A stretch of DNA of 64,000 bases from an uncultured Candidatus Saccharibacteria bacterium (GTDB lineage Bacteria; Patescibacteriota; Minisyncoccia; Minisyncoccales; GWA2-38-27), in the NCBI GenBank assembly GCA_964509645.1, contig CAZDXV010000001.1:15890-79889 (forward strand). The letters run 5' to 3'. Both the position numbers and the translations under genes were made by a program. The number at the start of each line of letters is the position of its first letter. Position 1 is the stretch's first letter. Below are positions 26,109 to 36,701 of this stretch, in pieces. The notes beneath the pieces were generated by a model that saw only the letters and a list, made by a program, of their open reading frames with translations, was not told the origin of the DNA and did no database searches.

Positions 26109-28130
26109 ATGAAAAAATTAATTGCAACAGCTATTACATTAGCCGTCGTTGCAGTTGTCGCTCCAGTAGCAGCTAGCGCTGTTGATGTCAGCGGAATGGA
26201 TCTTTCAGAGTTGCAGGATTTACTTGCAGCTATTGAAAGCCAGATCGCTGCTCTTTCAGGAGATACAAGTGGAGATGGAGTTGCAGTATCCTGCAATTTT
26301 ACCAGACCTCTTTATCCCGGAAGTACAGGAGCTGACGTTCAGTGCTTACAGCAGTACCTGAATGCCGAAGGGTTCACAGTAGCTTCTTCAGGCGCAGGTT
26401 CTCCGGGAAGTGAGACCATGTATTATGGTTCTCTTACCCAGGCTGCAATAGGCAACTGGCAAGACGCTAATGGCGTAGCTTACGGTAACTACAGAGGTTA
26501 CTTCGGTCCTGTTTCACAGGCCAAGTACGATGCTTTAGCTGCCGCAGATACAGAAGATGAAGATGAGGATGAAGATGAAGATGAGGATGAAGATGATGAA
26601 GATGATGAAGAACTCTCTGGTGGTGAAGCTACAGTTACTCTTACCGCAGCAGCTAGTCCTGCTTCAGGTACAGAGCTGTACACTTCAAATAACGACGTCG
26701 CAGTTGCTGCTTTCAACGCACAGGCTGTAGAAGGCGATGCCAGAATCGAAAGGTTAGATCTTAACTTTAGAACTGGTAACAGTGGAAATGCAAGAGTATG
26801 GCTTTATGTTGACGAGATTTCAATTTGGAATGGCGATGAAGAGGCAGCTAGAAAAAGTATTACTGAGAGCAGTGTTACTACAGTAACAACAGCTTCAGAT
26901 TACATGGTTCGTTTCACCGGTCTTGACATTATAGTTAGGGAAGATGAAACAGAAGAAGTCACCATTAAAGTTAGTGGCAAGAGTTTTCCTGATGGAGGTA
27001 CTGCTACTTCTTACATAGGTGATGTTGACGTTCTAGCAAACGCCGTGAGAGTAACTGACGGAACAGGTGTTACTTCTTACGAACCGACAAGTATGCTTCT
27101 TGACAGCCAGTACTTTACTGTCAAAGAGGGTGATACTGCTGCATTAGAGGGTTCTGTCAATACAGATAATCCTGACGAGCAGTCAGTACAGGTTTCTGAG
27201 TCAGGTACCACAGAGGATATTGTTTTATTGAGGCACGACCTTAAAGCTAAGAACAATAATGTTGTGATCAATAAGGTAGCAAGTGAAATATCAAGTTCTA
27301 CTTCTACTCCAAACACTGTTCTCTCAACGCTGTACTTATATGCTGACGATACTTTGTTAGCTAGCACCAGTGTTCCAAGCACTGTTGGTCGTTTAGCTGT
27401 ATTCACTGGTTGGGGCGATTACACTGTTGAAAAAGACGAAACAGTAACTCTTACTGTAAAGGCAGACGCAAAAAAGCGCCTGATGACTAATTACAATGAG
27501 GGTGCTGCCGCTTCAGCTCTTCTAGATGTTTCAGCTAATGTTGTTGCTTACGATGCAGACAACTATACTGCTATTACGCCCACGGGGTCAGATGGCACAG
27601 GTAAAGATCAGCATCTTTACAGCAAGGGTGTTAGGTTAGCCTTGAACGGCACTCCTTCATTAACAACAGTAGATTTGCCAGGTGCTAGTTCCAGTAGTGG
27701 TCCTATTAGAGCTACAGGTACTATGAAAGTAGATGTTACTGCTTTTGGTGGAACCGTTTATATCAAGGATGATTCTGACGCTAACGCTGCTAGTAGTGGT
27801 GTGTACGCAACTTCAAGTGAAACTGCCAGCACTACAACTACCTTTAGCGTGGTTAGTAACGCAGACACGGGAAGCAATAACAACTGGGTGGTTAGTGAGA
27901 CAGAGACATTTACAGTTACTTTCGACATTGCAAGTAGCGAAGTCTATGGTACTATGGGTGTAGCTGAAAAGTTCAGCGTTAGAGGCATTGTGCCTTATCT
28001 CAGATGGAGCACTACTGATTCAGCAGATGGAGGAATATTGACTAATACGACTAATGTTAGTAACTACGTATATCAGAATTGGGGCAAAAAGGATCTTAAG
28101 ACAGATCCGGTAATAATCTACGCTAAGTAG
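26109..28130 (+). CDS. S-layer-like secreted protein with N-terminal peptidoglycan-binding-like domain
   Basis: Signal peptide; LYPGSTGADVQCLQQYLN...YFGPVS; Asp/Glu tract; Thr/Ser/Val-rich beta domains; distinct codon usage. Confidence 0.7.
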   Translation: MKKLIATAITLAVVAVVAPVAASAVDVSGMDLSELQDLLAAIESQIAALSGDTSGDGVAVSCNFTRPLYPGSTGADVQCLQQYLNAEGFTVASSGAGSPGSETMYYGSLTQAAIGNWQDANGVAYGNYRGYFGPVSQAKYDALAAADTEDEDEDEDEDEDEDDEDDEELSGGEATVTLTAAASPASGTELYTSNNDVAVAAFNAQAVEGDARIERLDLNFRTGNSGNARVWLYVDEISIWNGDEEAARKSITESSVTTVTTASDYMVRFTGLDIIVREDETEEVTIKVSGKSFPDGGTATSYIGDVDVLANAVRVTDGTGVTSYEPTSMLLDSQYFTVKEGDTAALEGSVNTDNPDEQSVQVSESGTTEDIVLLRHDLKAKNNNVVINKVASEISSSTSTPNTVLSTLYLYADDTLLASTSVPSTVGRLAVFTGWGDYTVEKDETVTLTVKADAKKRLMTNYNEGAAASALLDVSANVVAYDADNYTAITPTGSDGTGKDQHLYSKGVRLALNGTPSLTTVDLPGASSSSGPIRATGTMKVDVTAFGGTVYIKDDSDANAASSGVYATSSETASTTTTFSVVSNADTGSNNNWVVSETETFTVTFDIASSEVYGTMGVAEKFSVRGIVPYLRWSTTDSADGGILTNTTNVSNYVYQNWGKKDLKTDPVIIYAK

Positions 28131-28201
28131 TAATTGCCTTTCCCAATTGATATACTTGATGCTCTGAAAGCAAGTTTCTGGTTGAACTTTAAAGCCAGGG
28201 G

Positions 28202-28236
28202 AAATCCCTCCGATTGCAATCGGAGGGTTTTCTTTT
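28202..28236 (+). terminator. Intrinsic terminator
   Basis: CCCTCCGATT/AATCGGAGGG inverted repeat followed by T-rich run. Confidence 0.8.
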
Positions 28237-28300
28237 AAGTTTTTTTTGGTATACTGTCTATTAGAAGCTAGAGATTTTTTTATCCTAACTTTTAGCTAAA

Positions 28301-30541
28301 ATGATAGAAAAAATTACAAAGTTTTTAATTCTATTAGCCTTAATAATACCTCCTTTTGTTAAGACAGATTATTTATTTTTTCCTTTTTCTTCAGGAAAGG
28401 TGTTTTTTTTCCGCTTCTTTTTGTTTTTAGCTCTTTTAGGATGGGTTATTTTAATGTTAAGAAATAGGGAATTTAGGCCTCAGATGAATATTTTAACAAT
28501 TGCCCTTATTTTATTTGTTATTGGAATGCTGGTAACAAGTTTTACGGGAGTGGGTATTATGCGTTCTCTTTTTTCTAACTTTGAAAGGCACGATGGAACA
28601 ATTCAGTTTTCTTTTTTCGTTTTATACTTTTTAATGCTGATTTCAGTGTTTAAGTCTAAAAAAGATTGGCAGGTATTGATTGGCAGTTTTTTATTGACAG
28701 CATTTGCTATTTCTATTTATTCTTGGATAAGTCAGGGAGAGCAGACTAGATTATCCGGTCTCTTTGGGAACCCTTCCTATCTCGGTGCTTTTTTGCTAAT
28801 TGCTATAGGGTTTTCTGCCGTCGGTTTAAGAGAAAGCTTCAGAAATTTTAACGGCTTTTTAGGAAAGAAATATATTAAAGTTAGCTTAATAACCTTAATC
28901 TTATTTTTCTTAATAACCTTATTTTATACGGGCACTAGAGGTTGTTATGCAGGTATCGCCGTTGCTTTCTTATTAATGGTTATTTTTTCTATATTCTTTT
29001 TCAGAAAGAACAAAAAGGTATTTATTTCTTTGATTTTTGTTGTTGTTCTTTTAATTTTCTTTTTAAGTTTAATATTCATTTTTTCAGATCATTCTTTTGT
29101 AAGAAGCCGTTCAAATCTTAAAAGAATAGCTGATTTAAAAAATCCAACAGAGATTTCTTCGGTTAGCGAAAGATTGTCTGTTTGGAATATGGCTCTAAAA
29201 GGATTTAAGGATAAACCTGTTTTTGGCTGGGGTCCCGAGAACTTTGAAGCTGTTTTTAACAGGCACTATGATTATAAGGTTGGTTTATCAGAGCCTTGGT
29301 TTGATAAAGCCCATAATCAGTTTTTAGAAGTTTTAGCTACGGGAGGAATATTTCTTTTTTCTATTTATCTTTTTTTAATTTTTTCCGTATTTTATTTAAT
29401 ATTTAAAATATTTAAAAAAGAGAAACTGTTAGCTGTTATTTTGACTTCTATTTATTTTGGCTATTTAGTCCAAGGAATGTTTTTGTTTGATACTCTCCAT
29501 TTATATCTAGCACTTTTCCCTTTCTTAGCTTTTATTTCTTTTGAATACAAAAGACTATATCTTTCTTCCGGGGAAAATAACAGAAAAACAAATAAAGAAA
29601 ATCCTTCTTTGTTTAAATTTTTTACAGGGGTAACTGTTTTGGTTGTTATCTTTTTGCTTTATACGACCGTCTGGCTTCCTTATAAAGCAAATGCTTCGGC
29701 TTTAAACTGTTTGATGGCCACAAGAGAAGGTAATTTTAAAGAAGCAAAAGAGTTTTTAGAAGAAGCGATTGACAATGATACGCCTTTTTCTTTTGTTCCG
29801 ATAAGAATTAGAGTTTCTTGGGACTTCTTTTCAGGATTAGCTCTCATAGAAGAGGGTGTACCTCCCGAAAAAATAAAGCCCGCTATAAAGGATCTTTATC
29901 GTCTTTTAACGTCAGAATTAGAAAAAGTAGTGATTAGTTCTCCTTATAATTCTAGGGTTTATTATGTTTTAGGAGTACTTTATCAATTAGGATTTGAAAA
30001 ATTAGGAATAAACGACTTAGATAAAGCAGAAGAAATTTTTAAAAAGTCTTTAAACTACTCTGACAAAAGAACCGATTATTACAATGAGTATGCTAAGGTT
30101 TTATTAGCGATGGAAGAATATAAAAAAGCGGAAAAATTAGTTAAAGAATATTTAGAGAGGACAGGTAGAAAAGATCCTACTGTTTTATTTACTTTGGGTA
30201 ATATAAATTTTAATCAAGGAAATTATGAGTTAACTATAAAATATTATGAAAGAGCGCGTGAAGAAGGTTACGATTTTCTAAAAACGGAAGGATCTTATTC
30301 TCGTTATCTCTTATCTGCTCAGGAGATTGGCGACTACCAAAAAATTATTGATGCAGCCAAGGCTTATTTAGAAAAAAATAGAAGTCTTCTTGAAGGGAAA
30401 AAACTGGCTAATACTTATTACAACATAGCTTTGGGTTATATGAAAATAGGTAAAAATGATGTAGCTAAAGAATATTTTTACAAAGCTTTAGAAATAGAAG
30501 AGGGGTACAAAGAATATAAAAGTATTTTTGATAATCTTTAA
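28301..30541 (+). CDS. O-antigen-ligase (Wzy_C) family protein with TPR repeats; candidate O-oligosaccharyltransferase
   Basis: GNPSYLG, TGTRG, GWGPENF, DKAHNQFLE; C-terminal TPRs. Confidence 0.85.
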   Translation: MIEKITKFLILLALIIPPFVKTDYLFFPFSSGKVFFFRFFLFLALLGWVILMLRNREFRPQMNILTIALILFVIGMLVTSFTGVGIMRSLFSNFERHDGTIQFSFFVLYFLMLISVFKSKKDWQVLIGSFLLTAFAISIYSWISQGEQTRLSGLFGNPSYLGAFLLIAIGFSAVGLRESFRNFNGFLGKKYIKVSLITLILFFLITLFYTGTRGCYAGIAVAFLLMVIFSIFFFRKNKKVFISLIFVVVLLIFFLSLIFIFSDHSFVRSRSNLKRIADLKNPTEISSVSERLSVWNMALKGFKDKPVFGWGPENFEAVFNRHYDYKVGLSEPWFDKAHNQFLEVLATGGIFLFSIYLFLIFSVFYLIFKIFKKEKLLAVILTSIYFGYLVQGMFLFDTLHLYLALFPFLAFISFEYKRLYLSSGENNRKTNKENPSLFKFFTGVTVLVVIFLLYTTVWLPYKANASALNCLMATREGNFKEAKEFLEEAIDNDTPFSFVPIRIRVSWDFFSGLALIEEGVPPEKIKPAIKDLYRLLTSELEKVVISSPYNSRVYYVLGVLYQLGFEKLGINDLDKAEEIFKKSLNYSDKRTDYYNEYAKVLLAMEEYKKAEKLVKEYLERTGRKDPTVLFTLGNINFNQGNYELTIKYYERAREEGYDFLKTEGSYSRYLLSAQEIGDYQKIIDAAKAYLEKNRSLLEGKKLANTYYNIALGYMKIGKNDVAKEYFYKALEIEEGYKEYKSIFDNL

Positions 30542-30573
30542 TTGTTTCTAATTTTTTGTTAACATAGATCTTG

Positions 30574-32295
30574 ATGAAAGACTTTTTTAAGAAAACAATC
30601 CTTTTGGGTTTTATTTTATTTTCTCTTTTTATTGGAGGAAAAGTTTTAGCTTCAGAAGGTTTCCATGTGGATCCAGATTACGATCTTTTTAAAAGAAAAG
30701 AAATAGAAGCAGTAAAAATTGATTCATCTGACAAATTGTACTTTTATATTGATAACAGCTGGTGGGAAGATCTTTTTTCTGAAGAAAAAGAGAAGATAAA
30801 GGATTCTTTGGAAAAATTAGGGAAAGAGTTTGATGATAATATTTATCCTATTTTAACTTCAGATTATGGATCTGAATGGAACCCTGGCATTGATAATGAC
30901 AACAGGATTACAGTTTTAATCCATCCGATGAAAGGAGGGGTAACGGGATATTTTAATAGTGGAGACCAGTATAGTGTTTACCAAAATTCGGCTTCTAACG
31001 AAAGAGAGATGGTTTATCTAGATGTTAGGCGTATTACAGATGAGGCAGTAGAAAGCTATTTAGCTCATGAGTTTACTCACTTGATTACTTTTAATCAGAA
31101 GCAAAATTTAAATAATATTCAAGAAGAAGTGTGGCTGAATGAAGCAAGAGCAGAATATGCTTCTACTTTGTGTGGATATAACGAAGAGTACGAGGGAAGT
31201 TATCTTGAATCAAGAGTAAATGATTTTATAAAAACTCCTTCTGATTCTATTACAGAATGGCAGGGAAAAACTGACGACTATGGTGCTCTTTCTATGTTTA
31301 TTCACTATTTGGCGGATCATTACGGTAAAGAGATTCTTACCAAAAGTATTAGATCTTCTAAAATAGGAATTGAGAGTATAAACGAAGCTTTAAGAGACAA
31401 TGGATCTAATAAAAGATTTTCAGAAATATTTATTGATTGGACAATAGCAGTGTTTGTAAATGATTGTTCTATGAACGAGAAATATTGTTATTTAAATAGT
31501 AACCTAAAAAACTTGAGAGTTTTCCCCCAGAGTAATTATTTGCCGGTAGAATCCCAAAGCATTCTTTCCGTTTTTTATCAGACAAAAGATTGGACAGGAA
31601 GATGGCATAAAATATTCGGAGGGAAGGGCAACCTGGAATTTGAATTTGACGGAGAAGATGATATAAGTTTTAAGGCCCCTTTTATTCTTTGTAGAAAGGG
31701 AAATAACTGCTCAGTAGATTATTTGGAATTAGATAGCAAACAAAAAGGACAGATTAAAATATCCGATTTCGGAGAAGATTACAATTATTTTACTATCATT
31801 CCCGTGGTTAGAGAGAAAATTTCAGGATTTGACGGTTCAGAAACTAATTACAGCTATTCTTGGCAAGCTAATTCCTCTGGGCTGAAAGATGATGCTGTTG
31901 ATGAGCACCAAAACAATATTCCTATAGAAGATCAGGTGGGAGAAACAAAAGAAGAAAAGCTTAGCAGGCTTTTACGCCTTTTAGAGTTGGTAAAAGAGAG
32001 AATAGCTGAGATTATTTCAGGGGATTCTTATTGTCAGAGAATTGATAACAATCTTTATTACGGAATGAGAAATAATAATGAAGTAAAATGTTTACAGAAA
32101 TTTTTAAAAAATCAGGGTTCTGACATCTATCCTGAAGGATTAGTAACCGGTAACTATCTCTCTCTGACAAGAAAAGCCGTAGTTCGTTTTCAGGAAAAAC
32201 ATAAAGACCAAATACTGACTCCGCTTAATTTAAGTCAGGGAACAGGTTATTTTGGGCCCAGGAGTCGGGAAGTAGCCAACGAACTAATGGATTAA
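30574..32295 (+). CDS. Secreted zinc metallopeptidase-like protein with C-terminal peptidoglycan-binding-like domain
   Basis: LAHEFTHLI...WLNEARAE; C-terminal VKCLQKFL...TGYFGPRSR. Confidence 0.75.
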   Translation: MKDFFKKTILLGFILFSLFIGGKVLASEGFHVDPDYDLFKRKEIEAVKIDSSDKLYFYIDNSWWEDLFSEEKEKIKDSLEKLGKEFDDNIYPILTSDYGSEWNPGIDNDNRITVLIHPMKGGVTGYFNSGDQYSVYQNSASNEREMVYLDVRRITDEAVESYLAHEFTHLITFNQKQNLNNIQEEVWLNEARAEYASTLCGYNEEYEGSYLESRVNDFIKTPSDSITEWQGKTDDYGALSMFIHYLADHYGKEILTKSIRSSKIGIESINEALRDNGSNKRFSEIFIDWTIAVFVNDCSMNEKYCYLNSNLKNLRVFPQSNYLPVESQSILSVFYQTKDWTGRWHKIFGGKGNLEFEFDGEDDISFKAPFILCRKGNNCSVDYLELDSKQKGQIKISDFGEDYNYFTIIPVVREKISGFDGSETNYSYSWQANSSGLKDDAVDEHQNNIPIEDQVGETKEEKLSRLLRLLELVKERIAEIISGDSYCQRIDNNLYYGMRNNNEVKCLQKFLKNQGSDIYPEGLVTGNYLSLTRKAVVRFQEKHKDQILTPLNLSQGTGYFGPRSREVANELMD

Positions 32296-32316
32296 TCTTA
32301 TATGAACCTTTTTGAC

Positions 32317-32350
32317 ACCTCTTGACAAGAGGTTTTTCTTTTTTTAAGAT
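32317..32350 (+). promoter_or_regulatory. Promoter with palindromic operator over the -35
   Basis: TTGACA-17-TAAGAT; ACCTCTTG-A-CAAGAGGT at 32317-32333. Confidence 0.65.
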
Positions 32351-32358
32351 GAAGCTGT

Positions 32359-32604
32359 ATGGGAAAGATTAAACCAGACGAATTATATACAACAAAAGAA
32401 GCGAAAAGTTTTTTGAAGATATCAGAGAGCACTATGAAACGTCTTTTAAAGAAAGGTATAATTAAGGCTCACAAGGTCGGGGGGCAATATAGAATTTGGG
32501 GTAGTGAAATATTACAGCTTGTTTCTCCCAAGCTAGAGTCGGGTGTTTATCGAGTTTATAAAAAGGCCAAAGATAAAACTAGAGAAAAAATAGAAAAATG
32601 GTAA
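32359..32604 (+). CDS. Excisionase-like HTH (HTH_17) DNA-binding protein
   Basis: LYTTKEAKSFLKISESTMKRLLKKGIIKAHKVGGQYRI. Confidence 0.85.
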   Translation: MGKIKPDELYTTKEAKSFLKISESTMKRLLKKGIIKAHKVGGQYRIWGSEILQLVSPKLESGVYRVYKKAKDKTREKIEKW

Positions 32605-32635
32605 TCGGAGACAATAAATTAAAAAATAAAATATT

Positions 32636-33628
32636 ATGAAAAAAAGAATTTTAATTACGGGCGGAGTAGGATTTATCGGCGCTCATTTAATAGAGGGTAT
32701 TTTGAAGGATACGAATTGGGAAATTGTTATAATAGATAGGTTAGATATATCAGGAAATACAAAAAGACTAACAGATATTGAGCTTTGGGATGAAGAAAAA
32801 GATAGAATTAAATTTATTTGGTGGGATTTAAAATCAGAGGTAAATAATTCTATTAAAAAAGAGATAGGAGAGGTAGATTATATTTGGCATTTAGCCGCTT
32901 CTAGTCATGTAGATAGAAGCATAGAGGATCCTCTATTGTTTGTAATGGATAATGTAGTAGGAACATGCAATCTTTTGAATTTTTCAAAAAAACTCAAAAA
33001 TTTAAAGCAGTTTATATATTTTTCCACTGATGAAGTATTTGGACCAGCTAAGAGCGGAGTATCTTATAAAGAGTGGGATAGATATAAATCAGGCAACCCT
33101 TATGCTGCCACCAAGGCCGGTGCTGAAGAATTATGTGTTGCCTTTCAAAACACTTATAAACTTCCAATAATTATTACTCATACTATGAACGTGTTTGGTG
33201 AAAGACAACATCCAGAGAAATTTATCCCTCTTGTTATTAAAAAAGTTCTAGTTGGTGAAAAAGTGTTTATCCATGCCGACAAGACAAAAACAAAATCAGG
33301 AAGTAGGGCATGGATACATGCTAGAAATGTATTTTCAGCACTATTTTTTCTAACAAAAAAGGGGAAACCAGGCGACAAATACAACATAGTAGGGGAAAAA
33401 GAAGTAACTAATTTAGAAATGGCTCAGTTTATAGCTAGGGTTATTGGAAAAGAATTAAAATATGAGTTAATCGATTTTCATTCTTCAAGACCAGGGCATG
33501 ATTTAAGATATAGCTTGGACGGTAAAAAAATGAGAAAAATGGGTTGGCAGCTTCCTAAGACATTCGAGCAATCATTAAAAAAAACTATTAAATGGACATT
33601 AGATCATCAAGAATGGATAAACATTTAG
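32636..33628 (+). CDS. dTDP-glucose 4,6-dehydratase-like SDR
   Basis: TGGVGFIG, HLAASSHVDRSI, STDEVFG, YAATK, RPGHDLRY. Confidence 0.88.
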   Translation: MKKRILITGGVGFIGAHLIEGILKDTNWEIVIIDRLDISGNTKRLTDIELWDEEKDRIKFIWWDLKSEVNNSIKKEIGEVDYIWHLAASSHVDRSIEDPLLFVMDNVVGTCNLLNFSKKLKNLKQFIYFSTDEVFGPAKSGVSYKEWDRYKSGNPYAATKAGAEELCVAFQNTYKLPIIITHTMNVFGERQHPEKFIPLVIKKVLVGEKVFIHADKTKTKSGSRAWIHARNVFSALFFLTKKGKPGDKYNIVGEKEVTNLEMAQFIARVIGKELKYELIDFHSSRPGHDLRYSLDGKKMRKMGWQLPKTFEQSLKKTIKWTLDHQEWINI

Positions 33629-34038
33629 GTAATAAAAAAATTAGACACAAAGTTAAAGAAATAGAACTCCATTCAGATGAAAGGGGTTGGTTGGCAGAGG
33701 TATTAAAAAGAAACGAAATAAAAGAAGACATAAAGCAGATTTATGTTGCTACCATTAAACCGGGTTATATTAGGGGTAATCATTATCACCTAGAAAGAAC
33801 CGAATGGTTCTTTGTTGTCGGTGGCAGGGCTAATCTATATCTTGGAAATCCCGAAAACAAAGAAAATATTTGTTTAGAAATTTCCTCTGGGAAACCTAAA
33901 GTAATAACTATTTTCCCCAAAACAGCTCATGCTGTAAAAAACACAGGAGAAGAAACCATTTATTTAGTAAGTGCTCGAAATACTATTTATGATCCGGAAA
34001 ATACGGACACATTTTATTATTCGCTTTGTGAAAAATAA
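33613..34038 (+). CDS. Cupin-fold sugar epimerase/isomerase (WxcM/FnlB C-terminal-like)
   Basis: DERGWL, RGNHYH...EWF, AHAVKN. Confidence 0.75.
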   Translation: MDKHLGNKKIRHKVKEIELHSDERGWLAEVLKRNEIKEDIKQIYVATIKPGYIRGNHYHLERTEWFFVVGGRANLYLGNPENKENICLEISSGKPKVITIFPKTAHAVKNTGEETIYLVSARNTIYDPENTDTFYYSLCEK

Positions 34039-34055
34039 TTTCTAAGAATTTAAAA

Positions 34056-35345
34056 ATGAAAAATTTAGAATATTTGATTAAAAATAAAAAAGCTAAAGTT
34101 GCTGTAGTAGGTTTAGGATATGTGGGGTTGCCTCATGCCGTGGAATTGGCTAAGGCAGGATTTAATGTTTTTGGAATTGATATTAAGAAGGAGAGAGTAG
34201 ATAGAGCAAACAAAGGAGATTCTTATATTGGGGACGTAAAAGACGAAGATCTTAAAAGTGTTCTAGGTAAATTTAAGGCGTTTAATAATTTTGAAAAATT
34301 AAAAGAAGTTGATGTTGTTTTGATTTGTGTTCCTACTCCTCTTGATAAGCACAAGGTCCCTGATATTTCTTATATTAAAAAATCGAGTCAAGAGATTAAA
34401 AAAAGATTGAAAGATAAAAAATTAATAATTCTTGAAAGTACTAGCTATCCTGGCACAACAGAGGAAATTATTCTGGCTATGCTTCAAAAAGAGGGGTTAA
34501 AAGTAGATCAAGATTTTTATTTAGCTTTTGCTCCGGAAAGAATTGATCCCGGAAATAAAATGCCTTTTTATGATATTCCTAAAATAGTTGGAGGAGTGAC
34601 AAAAGAGAGCACGAAACTGGCTCAAATTTTTTATGAACAATTTATAAAAAAAGTTTATTCTGTATCCTCCTCTAGAGCAGCGGAAATGACCAAACTTTTA
34701 GAAAATGCCTATAGGTTAGTGAATATTTCTATGGTTAATGAACTGTCTCTTCTTTGCGACAAAATGGGAGTTGATATTTGGGAAGTAATTAGAGCCGCAG
34801 AAACCAAGCCTTATGGGTTTACTCCTTTTTATCCCTCTCCCAAGATAGGGGGGCATTGTATTCCTCTTGATCCTTTTTATCTTTCTTATAAGGCAAAAGA
34901 ATATAATTTTTGGGCTCGATTTATTGAATTAGCGGGAGAAATTAACGATCATATGCCGCATTTTGTGGTTACAAAAATTAATTATCTTTTAAACAAAAAT
35001 AAAAAATCTATTTCTGGATCTAAAATTTTAATTTGGGGAGTAAGCTACAAAAAAGATATAGGAGATATCAGAGAATCAGCTTCTTTAAGAATAATCCCTG
35101 ATTTGATAAGAAAAGGAGCTGAGATTTCTTATTTTGATCCTTATGTTCAAAAACTAAACATAGGAAGGAAGGTTTTTAATTCTATAAATTATTTGTTAAA
35201 AGAATTAAAAAAATACGATTTGGTTTTAATTATAACTGATCACTCTGATTTTGATTACAATAAGATAGCAAAAAATTCTAATTTGGTAGTAGATACTAGA
35301 AATGCGATTAAATCCAGGGATCATAATAATGTTTTCTGGCTATAA
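34056..35345 (+). CDS. wbpA: UDP-GlcNAc 6-dehydrogenase (WbpA-like)
   Basis: GLGYVGLP, ICVPTP, ESTSYPGTT, GGHCIPLDP. Confidence 0.8.
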   Translation: MKNLEYLIKNKKAKVAVVGLGYVGLPHAVELAKAGFNVFGIDIKKERVDRANKGDSYIGDVKDEDLKSVLGKFKAFNNFEKLKEVDVVLICVPTPLDKHKVPDISYIKKSSQEIKKRLKDKKLIILESTSYPGTTEEIILAMLQKEGLKVDQDFYLAFAPERIDPGNKMPFYDIPKIVGGVTKESTKLAQIFYEQFIKKVYSVSSSRAAEMTKLLENAYRLVNISMVNELSLLCDKMGVDIWEVIRAAETKPYGFTPFYPSPKIGGHCIPLDPFYLSYKAKEYNFWARFIELAGEINDHMPHFVVTKINYLLNKNKKSISGSKILIWGVSYKKDIGDIRESASLRIIPDLIRKGAEISYFDPYVQKLNIGRKVFNSINYLLKELKKYDLVLIITDHSDFDYNKIAKNSNLVVDTRNAIKSRDHNNVFWL

Positions 35346-35347
35346 TT

Positions 35348-36130
35348 ATGAAATTTTTTTTAATAGGAAAAGGATTTATTTTTCCGCGCCATAAGAATGC
35401 TATAGAAAGTATAGGCGGTGAGATAATAGATATAGTAAGTAAGGAGGATGGTGAAGAAAAGTGGAAAGAAGTCTTAGATAATACGTTAGCTGAGTATGTT
35501 TCTATTCTGACCCCCAACTATCTTCATTATGAAATGATAGAAAGAGCTTTAAGTAGGGGAAAAAGAGTTCTTTCCGAAAAACCCTTAGTTATAAATTCAA
35601 ACAACGCAAAAGAATTAATAGGAAAAGATGTTTTTTGCGTTTTACAGCTAAGGTATCATCCTCTGGTTAAGAAAATTAAAAAAAAGATAAGTAAAACCGA
35701 AAAAAACAAAATAGATATAGATGTTTCAGTTTTTAGAGATAGGGATTACCATAGAGGTTGGAAAGGAAATACAGAAAAGTCCGGAGGCTTACTATTTAAC
35801 TTAGGTATTCATTATTTTGATCTTCTCTTATATCTTTTTGGGAAAGAAAAAGAAGCAAAAACCCTTTTCTTAAAAGAAAAGAGTGGGCAAGGGATTATTC
35901 GCGGAGAAAATTATGTTTGTAATTGGCGAATAAGTACAAACGAGAGAAGAGATAACCAAAGAAGAATTTTTAGGATAAATGGCGAAGATTATAATTTTTC
36001 TTCTAAAGATAATCTTTCTTATGAAAATCTTCATAAATTTGTTTACAAGGATTTTGTTCAAGGAAAAGGAGTTAAAGCAAAAGAGGAGATAGAATCAATT
36101 AAATTAGTAGAAAGGCTTTATGAAAAATAA
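35348..36130 (+). CDS. wbpB: Gfo/Idh/MocA oxidoreductase (WbpB-like)
   Basis: TPNYLH, SEKPL, WKG...[16 protein letters not shown]; context. Confidence 0.75.
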   Translation: MKFFLIGKGFIFPRHKNAIESIGGEIIDIVSKEDGEEKWKEVLDNTLAEYVSILTPNYLHYEMIERALSRGKRVLSEKPLVINSNNAKELIGKDVFCVLQLRYHPLVKKIKKKISKTEKNKIDIDVSVFRDRDYHRGWKGNTEKSGGLLFNLGIHYFDLLLYLFGKEKEAKTLFLKEKSGQGIIRGENYVCNWRISTNERRDNQRRIFRINGEDYNFSSKDNLSYENLHKFVYKDFVQGKGVKAKEEIESIKLVERLYEK

Positions 36131-36701
36131 ATTTCACAAGACGGTAAAAATTCAGAGGGGTGCCAAAATAGGAAAAGGTACTGAAATTTGGCATAATTCT
36201 CAAGTTTTGAAAGAGGCTGAAATAGGCAAGGGCTGTACAATAGGCCACAATTGTTTTATTGGATCTGGGGCACGATTAGGAAATGGTGTAAAACTTCAAT
36301 CAAACATAGATATCTGGGATCGGATTGTATTGGAAGATTATGTTTTTGTGGGGCCTTCAGCTGTTTTTACTAACGATCTTAATCCTAGATCTAAATATCC
36401 GAAATCGGAGTATCAAGAATATGGGCAATGGTTACCTACCTTAGTTAAGAAGGGATCTTCAATTGGAGCTAACTCTACAATTATTTGTGGTGTAACTGTT
36501 GGTAGCTGGTCAATGATAGGAGCTGGTGCTGTAGTAACTAAGGATATACCTGATTATGCCATTGCAGTGGGTAATCCTGCAAGAGTTATTGGTTGGGTTT
36601 GTGAATGCGGTAATAAACTTAATCTTGAAAGAGGAAAATCAGAATGTCCAATTTGTCATAGAAAATATAAAAAAGAAGAAAATAAAGTATGGCAAGAATA
36701 A
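36120..36701 (+). CDS. wbpD: Hexapeptide N-acetyltransferase (WbpD-like) with C-terminal Zn ribbon
   Basis: Hexapeptide repeats, [23 protein letters not shown]. Confidence 0.8.
   Translation: MKNKFHKTVKIQRGAKIGKGTEIWHNSQVLKEAEIGKGCTIGHNCFIGSGARLGNGVKLQSNIDIWDRIVLEDYVFVGPSAVFTNDLNPRSKYPKSEYQEYGQWLPTLVKKGSSIGANSTIICGVTVGSWSMIGAGAVVTKDIPDYAIAVGNPARVIGWVCECGNKLNLERGKSECPICHRKYKKEENKVWQE

Noticed and set aside
26553-26612. GAAGAT/GAGGAT microsatellite (also about 18850-18960)
   Set aside because: In-frame Asp/Glu linkers with synonymous variation; ordinary low-complexity protein sequence.
32359-32604. Prophage or ICE excisionase marking an integrated element
   Set aside because: No integrase, att site or phage genes; it appears to lead the glycan operon.
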